A DNA stretch of 62,145 bases, counting the filler, from Porpidia crustulata (Eukaryota): the NCBI GenBank assembly GCA_964255105.1. It is 12 parts of 12 records of this genome, joined end to end, with 100 filler letters (N's around TTAATTAATTAA, not from the genome) between each part and the next. Parts side by side here need not be neighbours in the genome. Positions count along the whole stretch, not along the records: positions 20,798 to 25,893 come from CAXUWE010001910.1; positions 25,994 to 31,086 come from CAXUWE010001911.1; positions 31,187 to 36,269 come from CAXUWE010001912.1; positions 36,370 to 41,451 come from CAXUWE010001913.1; 8 more parts are not named here. One strand, written 5' to 3'. The first letter of the stretch is position 1. Each line of letters begins with the position of its first letter. The notes beneath the pieces are model-generated. The model did not search any database. It saw only the letters and a program-made list of their open reading frames with translations, and was not told the DNA's origin. Shown piece by piece: positions 24,997-37,199 of the stretch. A program made the translations under genes and the position numbers.

Positions 24997-25725
24997 CTAG
25001 CTTCGGTCGCCTCGCACGATTCCCTCAAATCTGTTTTTGAACCACTTGATAGTTTCCTGCTGATTTATACGGTGTGACGCACCAACTTTAGTCTGGCATC
25101 TTCGTCGCTTCGCAACACGTTCTCCGGGCCGGGTCCTACACAACTTGTCAACGTCTCTTTACCTATCATGTAGCAGGCAGCATGACCCACATGCAGCAGT
25201 AGAAGTCCATTCCGTAGATTCCAATTGCAGGGTCATATTTAATACCCAGATCAATATGTTCGCTGATGCCGAAGCCAAAATTCCCGGTTTCCGAAAAGTT
25301 CTTTTTCTTTAACTCGTATTCCTTGACCTTCAGTCCACGCTCAAGGATTTCCTCGGCTTTTGGGCCCCGGACTGTGACATGGACGGCGATCTTTTCGTTA
25401 CGACGGATACCGAATGTTCGGACAGTGTAGCGAGCTTTGCCTATAGGCGATATTGAGATCAGCGGGGATAATAGTCAAACTTGCTCTTTACGATTTAGAA
25501 ACATACTGTAAACAGGCGTTTGGCCACTCAGTTGTTCTAACACTTTGGCAGCACGAGTGAGTCTATCACCAGATTCGCCGACGGAGATATTGAGGACCAA
25601 TTTCTCGATGCGGAGCTCACGCATAGGATTTGCGCTTCTGTCTTTTCCGGATTCTGCCTGCAGAACGAGCACAAGTCAGCTAGAAGGCCATTTTATCAGA
25701 TTGATGATTGTATTCATCATACCAT
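24997..25725 (-). CDS. RPL11: 60S ribosomal protein L11 (uL5)
   Basis: [92 protein letters not shown]...FEGIVR; three introns. Confidence 0.97.
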
Positions 25726-25811
25726 GATCGTGGAAGATGTTAAGTCTTGAGGCTCTTGAGGTGTCGTTGGCGATACTACTATTTAAAGTGGAGGTTGTGG
25801 GCGATCTTAGC

Positions 25812-25893
25812 GAAAACCCTTAGCGTAAGTTTATAGCTGTAGGAGTATTCCCGGGCCCGTGCACGTTCCGGTCCCGTGCACACCCCAAACCCG
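25812..25893. promoter_or_regulatory. Putative RPL11 promoter motifs: two copies of CCCGTGCAC and AAACCC(T) boxes
   Basis: A direct repeat (gcccgtgcac/tcccgtgcac) and AAAACCCT lie about 90-170 bp upstream of the ATG; function is inferred only. Confidence 0.3.
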
Positions 25894-25993
25894 NNNNNNN
25901 NNNNNNNNNNNNNNNNNNNNNNNNNNNNNNNNNNNNNTTAATTAATTAANNNNNNNNNNNNNNNNNNNNNNNNNNNNNNNNNNNNNNNNNNNN

Positions 25994-26260
25994 GTCTACA
26001 TCTCTTTCTTTTTCTTTTTCTTTTTCTTTTTTTTCATGTCATTCTTTTCTTTCCATCTTTGCATCCTCATCCTCATCTTTCCCATCACATCGCTTCCGCT
26101 CCTTTCTCTCCCTTTCCCTATCTTCCCTTCTCTTCCCATTCCTTTCCTCTCATCTCATCCTTACACATTCCCTCCTGCCTCCCTCTCCGCATCATTCCCA
26201 ACTCACTCCCATCATTCCCATCTTCGCTTCCTCTCTTCCCCCTTTCTTTCTTCAATCTCT
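25994..26260 (+). repeat. Polypyrimidine (CT-rich) low-complexity tract
   Basis: Mostly C/T for about 270 bp at the contig end, downstream of medA. Confidence 0.7.
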
Positions 26261-27042
26261 CACGGCTCCCTATGTTCGAATTCCTGAAAGTTGCGGGATC
26301 GTGACATTTTGTAACAGAAGCGACAGCCGGATGGGGAAGGGACGAGAAGAGGAAGATATTGAAGTGCGAATTGAGGTATGCCATGTAGGAAAATCGCGCG
26401 CGAGTGAGAGAGTCCGAGAGTTGAGAGATTGATGAAAGAAGGGAAAAGAATTGACGAGGGAAAGTTCAGATCAACGAATGTGGTCTAAAAATATCGTACT
26501 CCTAAATCCTCTCCCAAAAGGTCTTCTAACGAAAAGAAGCAATGCCAAGGCTGTATTTCCCACCCCATCTATCACAAGGTCCATCTCCCTCCATGCCATT
26601 GGCTCCCTTATAAACAGCCGTCGAAGCTGCGCCACAACCCCCATACAACACCAATCGCTGATGCAATGCTGCCCGGGTGAAACAAGAACGGTACGCCAAC
26701 ACAATAATGTAAAGAAGCCAAGGGGGTATGCCGTAACGCAAAGCTAGCTCCATCTCCATGCAGCGCTGATGCTAAATATAAGAAAAGGTAATGAGACAAG
26801 ATGATAGAAGTTTAGGTTATGCGCTGACGAATGAAAGACGCGAAATGTTCGAGGCGAAGTTGTCCGGGACGCGCGTAGGAATTACGCTAGGGGTGTCCTG
26901 AGGGGGTGGAAAAGGATCTGTGGGCTGGAAATGGTATAGTGCGTGTCGAGCCCGGATGCGGTCTAGCGTTGAAACATTGCATAAGCTGAACATCTGATGC
27001 GCCCCGGCACTCCATCATGAAAACGCCATGTGATCGAGCGAA

Positions 27043-29353
27043 TCATCTGATATCATTCTTCCTGGGTGATTGTGTCGGTGGAGGTGTGTTGTGATACTGA
27101 TGAGACATCTGCTGCGTACCGGCACTGCTGGTTGTCGGACTGGTGTCGAAAAGAGTTGAAAAGTCCCAGGAACCACGACCAGGCGCGCCAGTCAAGGGAA
27201 CATGACCGGAAGTGATGGTTGAAGCAATTGGTCCCTGGATCGCGTACTGAGACTGCAGCGACGGGACTGTATAGGCGTGGGGGAGAGTCGACCCGGAGAC
27301 TTGCAGTGGGGGTGCTTCGGAAAAATGCACGGGTGCGGCTAATCTATGGGCTGCAGGCGACACGGTGTTGGAAGTTAGGGTCGCGCTATAGGCGCTCGAA
27401 ATGGTCGAGTTGGACGTCGAGGGCGGTGAGGCAGAAAGACGATGATCCACGCCCGCTTCGGCCTGCGGTTGGCCTGGTCCATACCCGGAGCTCCTGGGCG
27501 TGGGCAGCGCGCCGGCAGTCGATGAGTAGCTTGCAGACTGCCACATGTCAGCATCATAGACCGGTCGCAGAGATTATGCACCTTGCCATGACTCACATAT
27601 TTGCCGATGATCTTCTTCAGTGCATGAACCAATATCTTCCACTGAAACACCTTGACATCCTTTTCGATGTTCCGCGGCTTTGGGTTGGGGAATCCCATGA
27701 TGATTTTGAAAAATTCCTCACTATCGGGCTTGGCCTTTGAGACAGTCATCGGCCGGAATCCTTCGAGGTTGCGTCTTATCCGATTCTTCTCTTCCACCCC
27801 GAACCGTAGCGCAACCAATGACTCCAGCAGATAGATGGTATCAACGCTCGTCACGAAACGCTCCTGGCGCTCTTCCCACCAGATGCAGCTAATGCAAATG
27901 CTGTTTGGCTGTCGGTTCTCGGGTGTAACTGGCGCAAAGTTGGTATGGATCGTGCTTCCACTCTGAGACCTCCAGAATTGAACCAGTCTCCGTTTCGAGC
28001 TCCATTCGTCCGCGGTCCACTTATCTGCCATCGAATCCAGGTTCCCCTTTATTTTTAGAACAGCTTTGTGTGGGTACATCGCATAGGGATTGATTAGATT
28101 ACTCAAAGAGCTCGCAGCTGGAGTAGCTGCAGGACTGGGAGATTGCTGCAGTGTCGAGGTACGGATCAGGGGTGGATTCGCAGAAACTGTTGGTGATGAT
28201 ATCGACATTCCCCCTGCTGTGGAAGCTGCTGTAAGCGCGAGGCCTCTGTCACACTGGCTAACTGCTGAAAGGGACGATTTCCATGACGAGGTATGTGGTG
28301 ATGAAACTTTGAAATTCTGAGAGGTAATCAAGCCCACCGAGTGTTCTTGTGTTCGCTGCCTCAATAGATCACTGTCTGGGAGACTTCGGGAACTAGGGGA
28401 TCTGCCATAAGCCGCATGTGGGATTTGAGCACTGCTCGTTGCCGGAGGCTGCGAGTATGCTGAGATCTCACCCTGCGCAAAGGGATATGAGGTGTAGCTG
28501 TCTATACTCTTTGACTGAAGCTGTTGGTTCGATGATCTTTTCGAAGGGAATCTCAGGGCTCCAGTGTGTTCAATGGAAAGTCTCCTCTTGCGTGATATGT
28601 CGTCAGGTGATTCTCGATACTGGCGCTGTATACTATCGGTGTAGAAGTATGAACCCACGTCAATCATGCCAATCTCTAGTCCAGATTCTTCCTGTACGTG
28701 CAAACGCAGTGGGACCTGGGGACTGCTACATCCCGTATCCGAGAATGGGGGTACATTTGATGTGAGCACGTACTCATACGATGAGCCTTGAGCCTCAATC
28801 TGGTTTAAGTCGGACATGCATCGTCGTGTGGCGAACATCAAGCTGATGAGCAACGACGAAGGGTTGTTCAGATCGTACGCGGAGCGCAAATACACATACA
28901 CTTGAGATCCTTGAGAGCCTTGCTGGGGAGCGTGCGAAGTAATTTCGGGGAGCTCCCGTGAACCGTAACTGACAATCGACGACGGCGCTGGCTCATTGTA
29001 AGTAGCACGCGGCTCGTAGTATGAGCTAGCCGGGTAGGGCATCTGATCTGCATTGTGGTCATATGTCACTGAAAGTTGTGCCTGGGCTTCGCTAAACCTA
29101 GGTCGAGCATATTCGAGGTACATTTGATCTTGTACAGGTCGAGTGGCATGGTAGTCGCCAGGGCTGACGCTGGTGGGTGATGGTCGGCTGGTGTCGTAAT
29201 CTACAAGGCGGACCGTTAGCCCCCACCCTTTCCAAAATTGAATCGATCACGAGGCCAAGCATAGTAACTATTTATATGGCATATAGACTGGAGAGCCCCA
29301 TTATGATACTCACCGTTGAGATTGGGTGTATGAGACTTCCCGTAGCCTGACAT
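27043..29353 (-). CDS. medA: Developmental regulator MedA/Medusa (Acon-3/Ren1/Acr1 family)
   Basis: MSGYGK...; NPPLIRTSTLQ; KAVLKIKGNLDSMADKWT; ICISCIWW...VTSVDTIYLLESLV..RFGVEEKNRIRRNLEGFRPMTVSKAKPDSEEFFKIIMGFPNPKPRNIEKDVKVFQWKIL..ALKKIIGKY|SASYSS. May extend upstream to 29702 (see findings). Confidence 0.93.
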
Positions 29354-31186
29354 AGACAGCAGAGCTGTCCCCAATTCGCCCTTGGAGAGCAGTGCTTCGT
29401 GTTGCTCTGCTCCAAACCCCAGCGAAGCTACCACAGCCAGATCGTAACCGTCGTCCAATATTATCGGAGTACGACCTTCCTGTGGCTGCGACAGTTAGAA
29501 TCGGACTTGACAAGGCGTTGCTGCGCCGCGAATCCAACCAAAAGAACAGGCAACAGCTCTGTATATTATAGGCAGCAGAGAGATGTGGCAAGGCTTCGCT
29601 TCGCACATTCCTCATGAGAACAGGCTTGTATTTTCAGATGCCAAGGATCAAAGATACAAAAGATTCTCTTACCCGGAAGGTCTGATAAGTATTGAGAGCC
29701 AGATTGACGAATCTCGACAATTTTGAATGCGGTGGAAGAAGACAAGTGGTGGACAGCTGGCGATACAGGAGCTCAGCAACGAAGATTGAGGATGTAAGGG
29801 CGCTGTGCACCTGATGCGACGTAGCAGCTTGTCGCCTCGGTCAGCGTGCGCCAAAGACCAAACTTGTTGGATGGTGCTCGTAGTCGAATGTATTTTTATT
29901 TCAATCATGAATGAAGCTGCGGATCATGAAATACTAATGCAAGATATCCGGTCTTTGATGGCACGTTCTTCAAAAATCGATGCGTACGCGCTAGGAGCCT
30001 GTCTTGCCTAGTCCAGTCGAAGTCTCGGCAAGTGAAATTAATTCAAACAACCAGAATAGAAGAGAAGGTATAGAATCTGAGTCACCGATGAGTACCAATA
30101 TTACAACCAGCACATTCCCGCGTGAGACCGACCAACTTACCGAAGAGTATAAAGAATCAAGTGTGGAAAATTTGCATTGAGAATCTTGTTCGGATTTTGA
30201 AGGGGTACAAATAATGGAAAATATCCTCGTTGGTGGTGATTCTCGGTAGCGGAGGAAATGCCGGCTTCTTGGAGGAAGGCAAGGGATGGATGAGGGATCG
30301 CAGTGATCCCTTGATATAAGCCACCCCGTCTTGTCTCCGTCAACCGTATCTGTATCTTATTATAAAGCGAAACGTGGTAAGGCTGATCATGCACGCCTCG
30401 CAAGCTTCAAGGTCTACTTCCTGGACGGGCTCGGAGAATTCTCAACTTAGGATCTAAACGCGACTACGCGCACAGTAGGGCCATTCGAGTCAAGCAAGTG
30501 TAACAGATGCGCTTGTAGAGAGATTAGATGTAAGAGCTTGATCCCACGATGCCCGCACGGCAACGTTGATCAGGGTAGCCAGTCCATGTCTGGCCCTGCA
30601 CTGGCGTCAAACGTAAAACGGGAACAAACGAGGGAACGAGGACGGGGGGTATAGATAGTTATAGCCTTGGGATCAACCTTGATTCGGAATTTCCATGCTG
30701 CGATATAATGAGTTGGACTGGGGACAACACCAGTAGCAGTGACGGGTGTGGGCTGGACTTGTCGCCGTGGGTGAGGAGAGCGTCCAGAGTAATAGGATCA
30801 AGAGTCGTCGACCATCTGAATCGAGCAGATGTTCCCACAAGGGCCAGAGATATTGGTGACGACATGCCTGAACACGGGAGGGCAATTTGTATGGTACGTC
30901 AAGTTTGATGGGACCTTCGGCCGCTGGTCTCCCTTTTCCTTGCTTTGTGACCAGCTCCGCCACATGATCGGATCGACCTCGAAGGCACCATGTTGGATTA
31001 GGAATCCATTTCAGCGTGCGTTGTGGCTTGTTCCAGTAGTCTGGGTTTGACGGGGGGAAAAGGTTAATACAGAGAGGGGGGGGTGGNNNNNNNNNNNNNN
31101 NNNNNNNNNNNNNNNNNNNNNNNNNNNNNNTTAATTAATTAANNNNNNNNNNNNNNNNNNNNNNNNNNNNNNNNNNNNNNNNNNNN

Positions 31187-33101
31187 CCCCCACGCATCCC
31201 GCAATGCTCTCCCCGGCAGCTTGGCCTTCAAAATACGCCCCATGCAAAAACCCAAAATACTCCGCGCTCGTCGCCTCGCCCGCGAACCACAGCCGCCCCA
31301 CGTTCGCGCGCAGATTCTCGTGCATCGCCAGCGTCGTGCCGGGCGGCCAATTTGAATAGCTGCCGTACGCCCACGGCTCCAGACTCCAGCGCGGATACAA
31401 AAACGCCGTGGGTTCGGGCACGTTTGCGGCGCCGAACATGTTCCTGAGGACGGCGAGGGCTTGGGATTTCGTGGTGGCGTCGTCCTGGGCTTCGACGCGG
31501 TAGCTCTGCTCCGCGACGACGGTGACGAAGAGGATTCCGGAGCCGACGAGGAAGCCGGGGGTGTCGAGGGATTGAAAGACGGGGTAGTGGCCGCGCTCGA
31601 GGGGGTCGGCGTACAGGAAGAATTGGGTGTCGGGCGGCCAGAAGGCTTTGGGGAATTGGAGAAAGATCTTTGTGTAGGTTGCCATGGTGAAGGTTTCTAT
31701 TCCGTTTTGTTTCCAAGATGGTAAGGCTGGGCTGAAAGCGACGGCGTCGTTCTGGAGTACTCCGAGCCTTGTGGGTATTAGCTAGCTAGTATCGATATAC
31801 TTCTGGAGGACATACGAAAAGGTGCAGATCGCGTAATCTGCATCAATGCAGCTTCCGTCGCTATTGTAGATAGTGACACCGTCCTCACTGTAGCTTATAT
31901 TGGTCACAATTGTATTAAGTAGTAATCTCGAATCGTTCTTCTTCAAGTAAGTGGAACCTAAGCCCTTGATGAAGGTATTGAAGCCGCGCTGGTCGTAGAC
32001 ATAGTTATTTTCGGCTGAGTATTGGTAAAAAGTGGTATTCTAGATCACGTCAGCTTCTAAGTGTGCGTGCAAGCTTTCTGAGCGTACATAATTGACTACA
32101 GCGAATTCCTCGGAGCTTTGTTCCTACACATCATCAGGAGAGTAATCCTTATCATTTTCGAGTAATACGGACTGGAGTATTCGCATATTCCCAGTCGAAC
32201 CTGATTTTTCTCAGTACGTATTCAGAATCACACTTACTTCCTACTTACTGCCACCACTCTGCAGCTTGAGCTTCCTTATTTTTCTTGGGCTTCCAACCTG
32301 CGAGACTCAACCCAGAGCGAACACTCCGATCTTGCAAATTTTGGGTCAAGATATAGCCAGCATCCTGCTCCATAATCGCATACGCAGTCTGATAGTCGGC
32401 CAATAGAGAAGTAAAGTCACTGGCACCATTCTGGTTATATGTCGCAATAGAAGAATAATTGGAATATCTCGACGTAGTTAGCTACTGAAAGAAGATAAAG
32501 TTTTGTAGCACCTACGTGTTTGTCAGATTATATCGCTTGGCCTGTGTCAAGTCTCAGCATCTCTCGACCAACGCTCGGAATACTTCAGTGACTCACCAGC
32601 GTCCAAATCGGATTTTCGGGACCTGGAGGCGTACCCAAGCCTTGAACCTGTCAGTAAGTAGAATTAACACATGTTTCACGACAAGGCGAATTCTAGTCGT
32701 ACCCAGTTGGCACCTAGCTCCACCACGTAGGGTGTCCCGTCCGGCCTCGCTCCAAAGCTGGTATGGGCAACTCTTCCACCAACATCATTATTGTACTCGA
32801 CGATCAGAAAATCAGTCACCGAGGCGTTCGATAAAGCTTGCTGGTGACGGTCAGTATTATCGGGCATTCCTAGATTGATATTCTTTAAAGGGAACCCACG
32901 CCGGCCGTGATGCCTGCAGTTCCAGCACCTCTACACACGAAGGTCAAATTTAAAATTTTCAGCCGGAAGAATAATTGGAGTTTCTAACAGTATTGCCACC
33001 TTTGTCTTCTTACATGATGCAACACGCCGTTCAACTGGGGAGGCAGCGATAAGAAAGAACCCTTCTACCACAACCAATAAACGCAAGATTGACAACTGCA
33101 T
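31187..33101 (-). CDS. Secreted flavin-dependent polyamine oxidase (many short exons, 3' truncated)
   Basis: Signal-peptide-like MQLSILRLLVVVEGFFLIAASP; KVAIL|GAGTAGIT FAD motif; VELGANW; YTKIFLQF; GSYSNWP; LWFAGEATSAEYFGFLHGAYFEG. Confidence 0.92.
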
Positions 33102-35776
33102 AGATAGTGATCTTGGACTTCCCGACTGAATTGATCTTGTGTGACCTTCAAGGAGAAAGTGACGAGAGTGTGACAATTGTAGATTTCGAGGTCATTCGCT
33201 TACGTGAAAAGCCACGAGATATCACCTTCCGAATGGGGAAGGTTGTCACGACCCTGCATCCTTATGTAGAGCGCCACCAGCGACGTTTCGCAGCATTAAT
33301 TTCCCGAGTCCGTGGGAGCCAGTCCGATAAGACTCCACGGTAGCATTTTGATCGACGCAGTATATTAATATGAGAGACACAAGCTATAGACGACGAAAGT
33401 ACTTTCCCTTGACCATCGCTGATGGAGATAGTCTTGAGATATGCTAAATTGAAAGACTAGATAGAGCGATGCTGGAGCAAATATGAGACCTGCACCATTA
33501 ACTTGGCCAAAGACCCAAGAACAGTACATTACCCCCATTGCAGAATTCCGTCGCACCACCAAATCTGTCTGCTGGAAGCGTTATTAACCATTCTGGCTGG
33601 GATCTCAATTGGGACGCTTCAAAGAATCATTGCATATCCATTAGAGAGAGTATCTAGGACAAAATTGGCGAAGAAAGATTGGCTTCAGCGTTGTTATGAT
33701 TGATGCATGAGACGTTCGGTCTATAGGTTCGCTTTTACAGACACAAAACTAATGATAGTAGCAAAACGAAGCAGATGATCTTTGAGACTGCAGACAGAGC
33801 AGCAATTGCTTGGAGAATATAGCAACGACTTGAAAGCCACCTTGCAGCTCCGATATGCAGTTGAATGGTGCGCACAGAGGCCATCCAGCGGGCTCGTACC
33901 TGCCAGAAATCAGAAAATTATCTCGTACTTAAAGATACTTAATGTTATGCGCTTAGCTCTAATGACCACATTCGAGCAACACTTAAGCGCCTTCTGAAAG
34001 GATAGACTGCCTCAATGCGTGTTCGCTGGTGGCACAAGAATCTCCACATGAAACCAGCCAGTCTCTCTGATTGTCTTCCTGATATCTTATTCTCAACCGT
34101 CAAATTTTATACCACAGCGTCTTCCTAAGGTGTGCATGGCCTGCGAACAGTCGTTTAATGACCACGCCCCATATCTTATCGAGTACGAGTATCTCTCACT
34201 TTGGAGACTGAAGATGAAATCCTCCACGCTAACAACAAAACCTAACGATATTCAGAGTGATGCGAGCAGTTATATAGGGAATCGCGTCCTTGACCAGATA
34301 AGGAGGGCTTTAGAGCTTTGTTAATCGGCTGAAACAGTGCTGTTTCGCTTGTACTACCAGGTCAGGGAAGGCTGGGATCGTTGTTGACCGCTTTCTGATG
34401 GTGTATGGGCTTTGCACATCGAACGGTGAGATCTCAGCGGCATCTGTAATTCTCTTTCGCAGTCTATAGCTAGATACCGATGCCGATAATCAGCAGTCCC
34501 AGCCTCTATCATACTCTGCCTCTTGCATGATGGACATTCTTCCTAATGAAATTTGGTATGCGATCCTCTTCCTGGAAAGCCACATCTCTTCCCACTGCGA
34601 TGATCGGCATTCTAATCCCTTTGTTGCATTTACCAAGTTTTAGGCAAGATGTCGACGGTTTGCCCTCCTCGCTGAGCCAAATATCAGACCATAGCGCGAA
34701 CTGGTAGATTACGATATATCGACCTCGCCAATTTCCCTCAAGTCTCTTGAAAATCGATTCGTATCACTGCCTCCGATGTCGACGATTACTGCTGGCCACT
34801 GATGCAGATCACAAGGTTCTTCAAGGGGCGGATGGCCAGTCCGTTCACGTTGGGGTGTATGCAAATCGGCCGGATAATGCAATCCGTAGAGCTGGCTAAT
34901 GATCGTTTATTTCAACTATACAACGTTTGCGTCGTTAGCATCCATCCATCGTATTTTATCTTTTGATCGTCTGCGCTTCATAGACAGGACAGGATGGCAA
35001 AACAAGGATGAGTGCTATGATAGGTCGCGGAATGAATGCCAGCGTGTCATCTTCGAAGGATCAGACATTGATAAAATTAGTAGAGTGAGAAACACCGAGA
35101 TCATGCATTCGATCTGTGAAGATCTCGAGATTGAATTTAAGTGAGGAATGATGCTTTTCGTAATGCATTTCGAGGTCCTCTAGCTGTCAACCCAGTTTTG
35201 AGGCGAGGTGGCGAGGCAGTAATTTTTGCGAAAAGGCTGTCGGGACAACCCTAATCCGCTGCCATTTTTGATGCCCGCCCCAATACTCTATTAGCAGCGG
35301 TATTTTAAAGCCTCCGAGCGATGCATCAGGCTTGGATCACAGTCCCTGCTCTCGTGTGGTTTCCTGTAGAGCCTCATCTCCTTCGTATGATGCATCTTAC
35401 TATCCTTAATGTTAGCCAAGAACAATGATTAGCCGAATGCAAGAGATTCTTTTCGTGCATTGGGCGTCACTCAAATTTCCCACCAACCTTCGTTATCGGT
35501 GGCATCTGCATCTGCAAGACTATGCAGGGTGTCCAAGAGTGCGAAGGATCACCAATCTGGTGATCCTAACGATAAGAAGATGGGGAACCGTGCAGAGTTT
35601 TATAACCAACCTCGCATTCCCTCTCCCCATTCCAACAATGGGAACTTTCTGACCATTCTTTGTGGTGCACAATTGAAATTTTCTAATTTTCATCTATCGC
35701 CTTGTGCAAAATGATGGATCATGAAAACGAAAATCAAAAAAAAATCAAAAAAAAAATCAAAAGATTGGCGGGAAAG

Positions 35777-36163
35777 TGTTAGCCCCAGGCGGGAACCCAG
35801 CCCAGTATGTAGGCTACGCCCGGCAGGTGTAGACCCAAGACTGCTCACCGTGCTCATGGCACTGAGCATGCTGAGCAGAGTTGCTCACCTTGCTCACCAA
35901 GGTGAGCGCACTGAGCAAGACCAGTTGCTCAGTGGGCTCACACCACTGAGCGTACTGAGCACAGGCTCTTAGCACGATTCTCCTTTGTCTATATATTGGT
36001 CATTCCCTTAGATAGGAGCTTCGTGCTCAACTCATGTAATAGTCAATACCATTAGTTCTATTGTCTAAGCTATTCCCAGACCTTAGTCTATAGTAGCATA
36101 AGAGTTCGTTATTCTAGTCTATCTCTGTTTATATCTTGTGTTGTTATTAGAACAACCGTTACA
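35777..36163. mobile_element. Solo LTR of an LTR retrotransposon (387 bp) with a 5-bp target-site duplication
   Basis: Starts TGTTAG and ends GTTACA; flanked by GAAAG at 35772-35776 and 36164-36168; internal TATATA near 35990; TpA-rich 3' half. Confidence 0.85.
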
Positions 36164-36215
36164 GAAAGCCCCCAAAGATCAAAAACACTGTTTTTAATAC
36201 TGCAGTCATTATCTG

Positions 36216-36269
36216 TGTTACGGCCATACCCACCATATCTAGTAGTATTGGACCAAGTCTTCCAACTTG
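36216..36269. mobile_element. Possible start of a second LTR at the contig end
   Basis: TGTTACGG is an LTR-like terminus, 52 bp after the solo LTR; the contig breaks immediately after, as expected at a repeat. Confidence 0.3.
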
Positions 36270-36537
36270 NNNNNNNNNNNNNNNNNNNNNNNNNNNNNNN
36301 NNNNNNNNNNNNNTTAATTAATTAANNNNNNNNNNNNNNNNNNNNNNNNNNNNNNNNNNNNNNNNNNNNGGTCATCACGTTGATTCTTGGATCCGCAGAT
36401 CTGATCAGATCCTAATCCAGCGATACACGTACCTCAGGTAGGCGTCGCAAGCTGGTCGTATTACGTAAATCCTTGCTTTCTATAAGATGGGACAGCTTGG
36501 AGGTCTAGGCTTCGTACCGCGCGGTGAGCAGCTGGAC

Positions 36538-36674
36538 AGCCACCAGGATGTTCGGCCACCTTACCTGAATCAGTATAGTTTTAAAAGTTTTGGTGGAGCT
36601 TAGTCATAGCCTGTAGCCTGTATTGGTATCAACCGTATCTTTGTTGGGTAAGGTGGCCGAACATCCTGGGGGCT
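36538..36674. repeat. Inverted repeat / MITE-like element
   Basis: Perfect 23-bp arms CCAGGATGTTCGGCCACCTTACC (36543-36565) and GGTAAGGTGGCCGAACATCCTGG (36647-36669), extendable to 28 bp with one mismatch; 81-bp spacer. Confidence 0.7.
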
Positions 36675-37199
36675 ACTTCATAGCCAGCTGAAGGGATAGT
36701 TCCCTTAGGTGCCTGGTCTAAATGGCTACCCGGGACTAAGATATCGGCTGGCGATAGGCGTCCGGTAGCCTAAAATCTGGGGCGCATTGTTGCCTATGGT
36801 GCCTATTTACCCCCCCAGTGCTTCGATCCTCACCTACGTTACCGTCAAATGTTCAATTCAAGCTTCCATTTAGCAATTGTGTTGACTCAGATATTATTCA
36901 CAGTATTTCAAATGGACGTTTGGTTATCATGACACTCAGCAACATGTACGTCTAAAATCATTGATATTGACAGACGTTTCATTGATTCATATTACAAGTA
37001 TTCCTTGAAGTGGTGAGGTAGCTTTGATGCCTTGGACAGCCTTCTGGTACCCTCCGTAAGACAAGGCTACTTTGTGTTATATCTATTTGCTTCTTCCTTC
37101 GAAGGTTTCCAGCTCAGGCACCTTCTTTCTCACACCCAACCATTGCTACCTACTAGAACATCCTTCGCACACAACAGCACTGTTTAGCCACCCGTAGCC

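Noticed and set aside
20798..33101. Chloroperoxidase plus H2O2-producing polyamine oxidase as a halogenation cluster
   Set aside because: They lie on different contigs separated by two linkers, so there is no linkage evidence.
36220..36232. ACGGCCATACC resembling the 5' end of 5S rRNA
   Set aside because: Downstream sequence does not follow 5S; an LTR-like start fits better.
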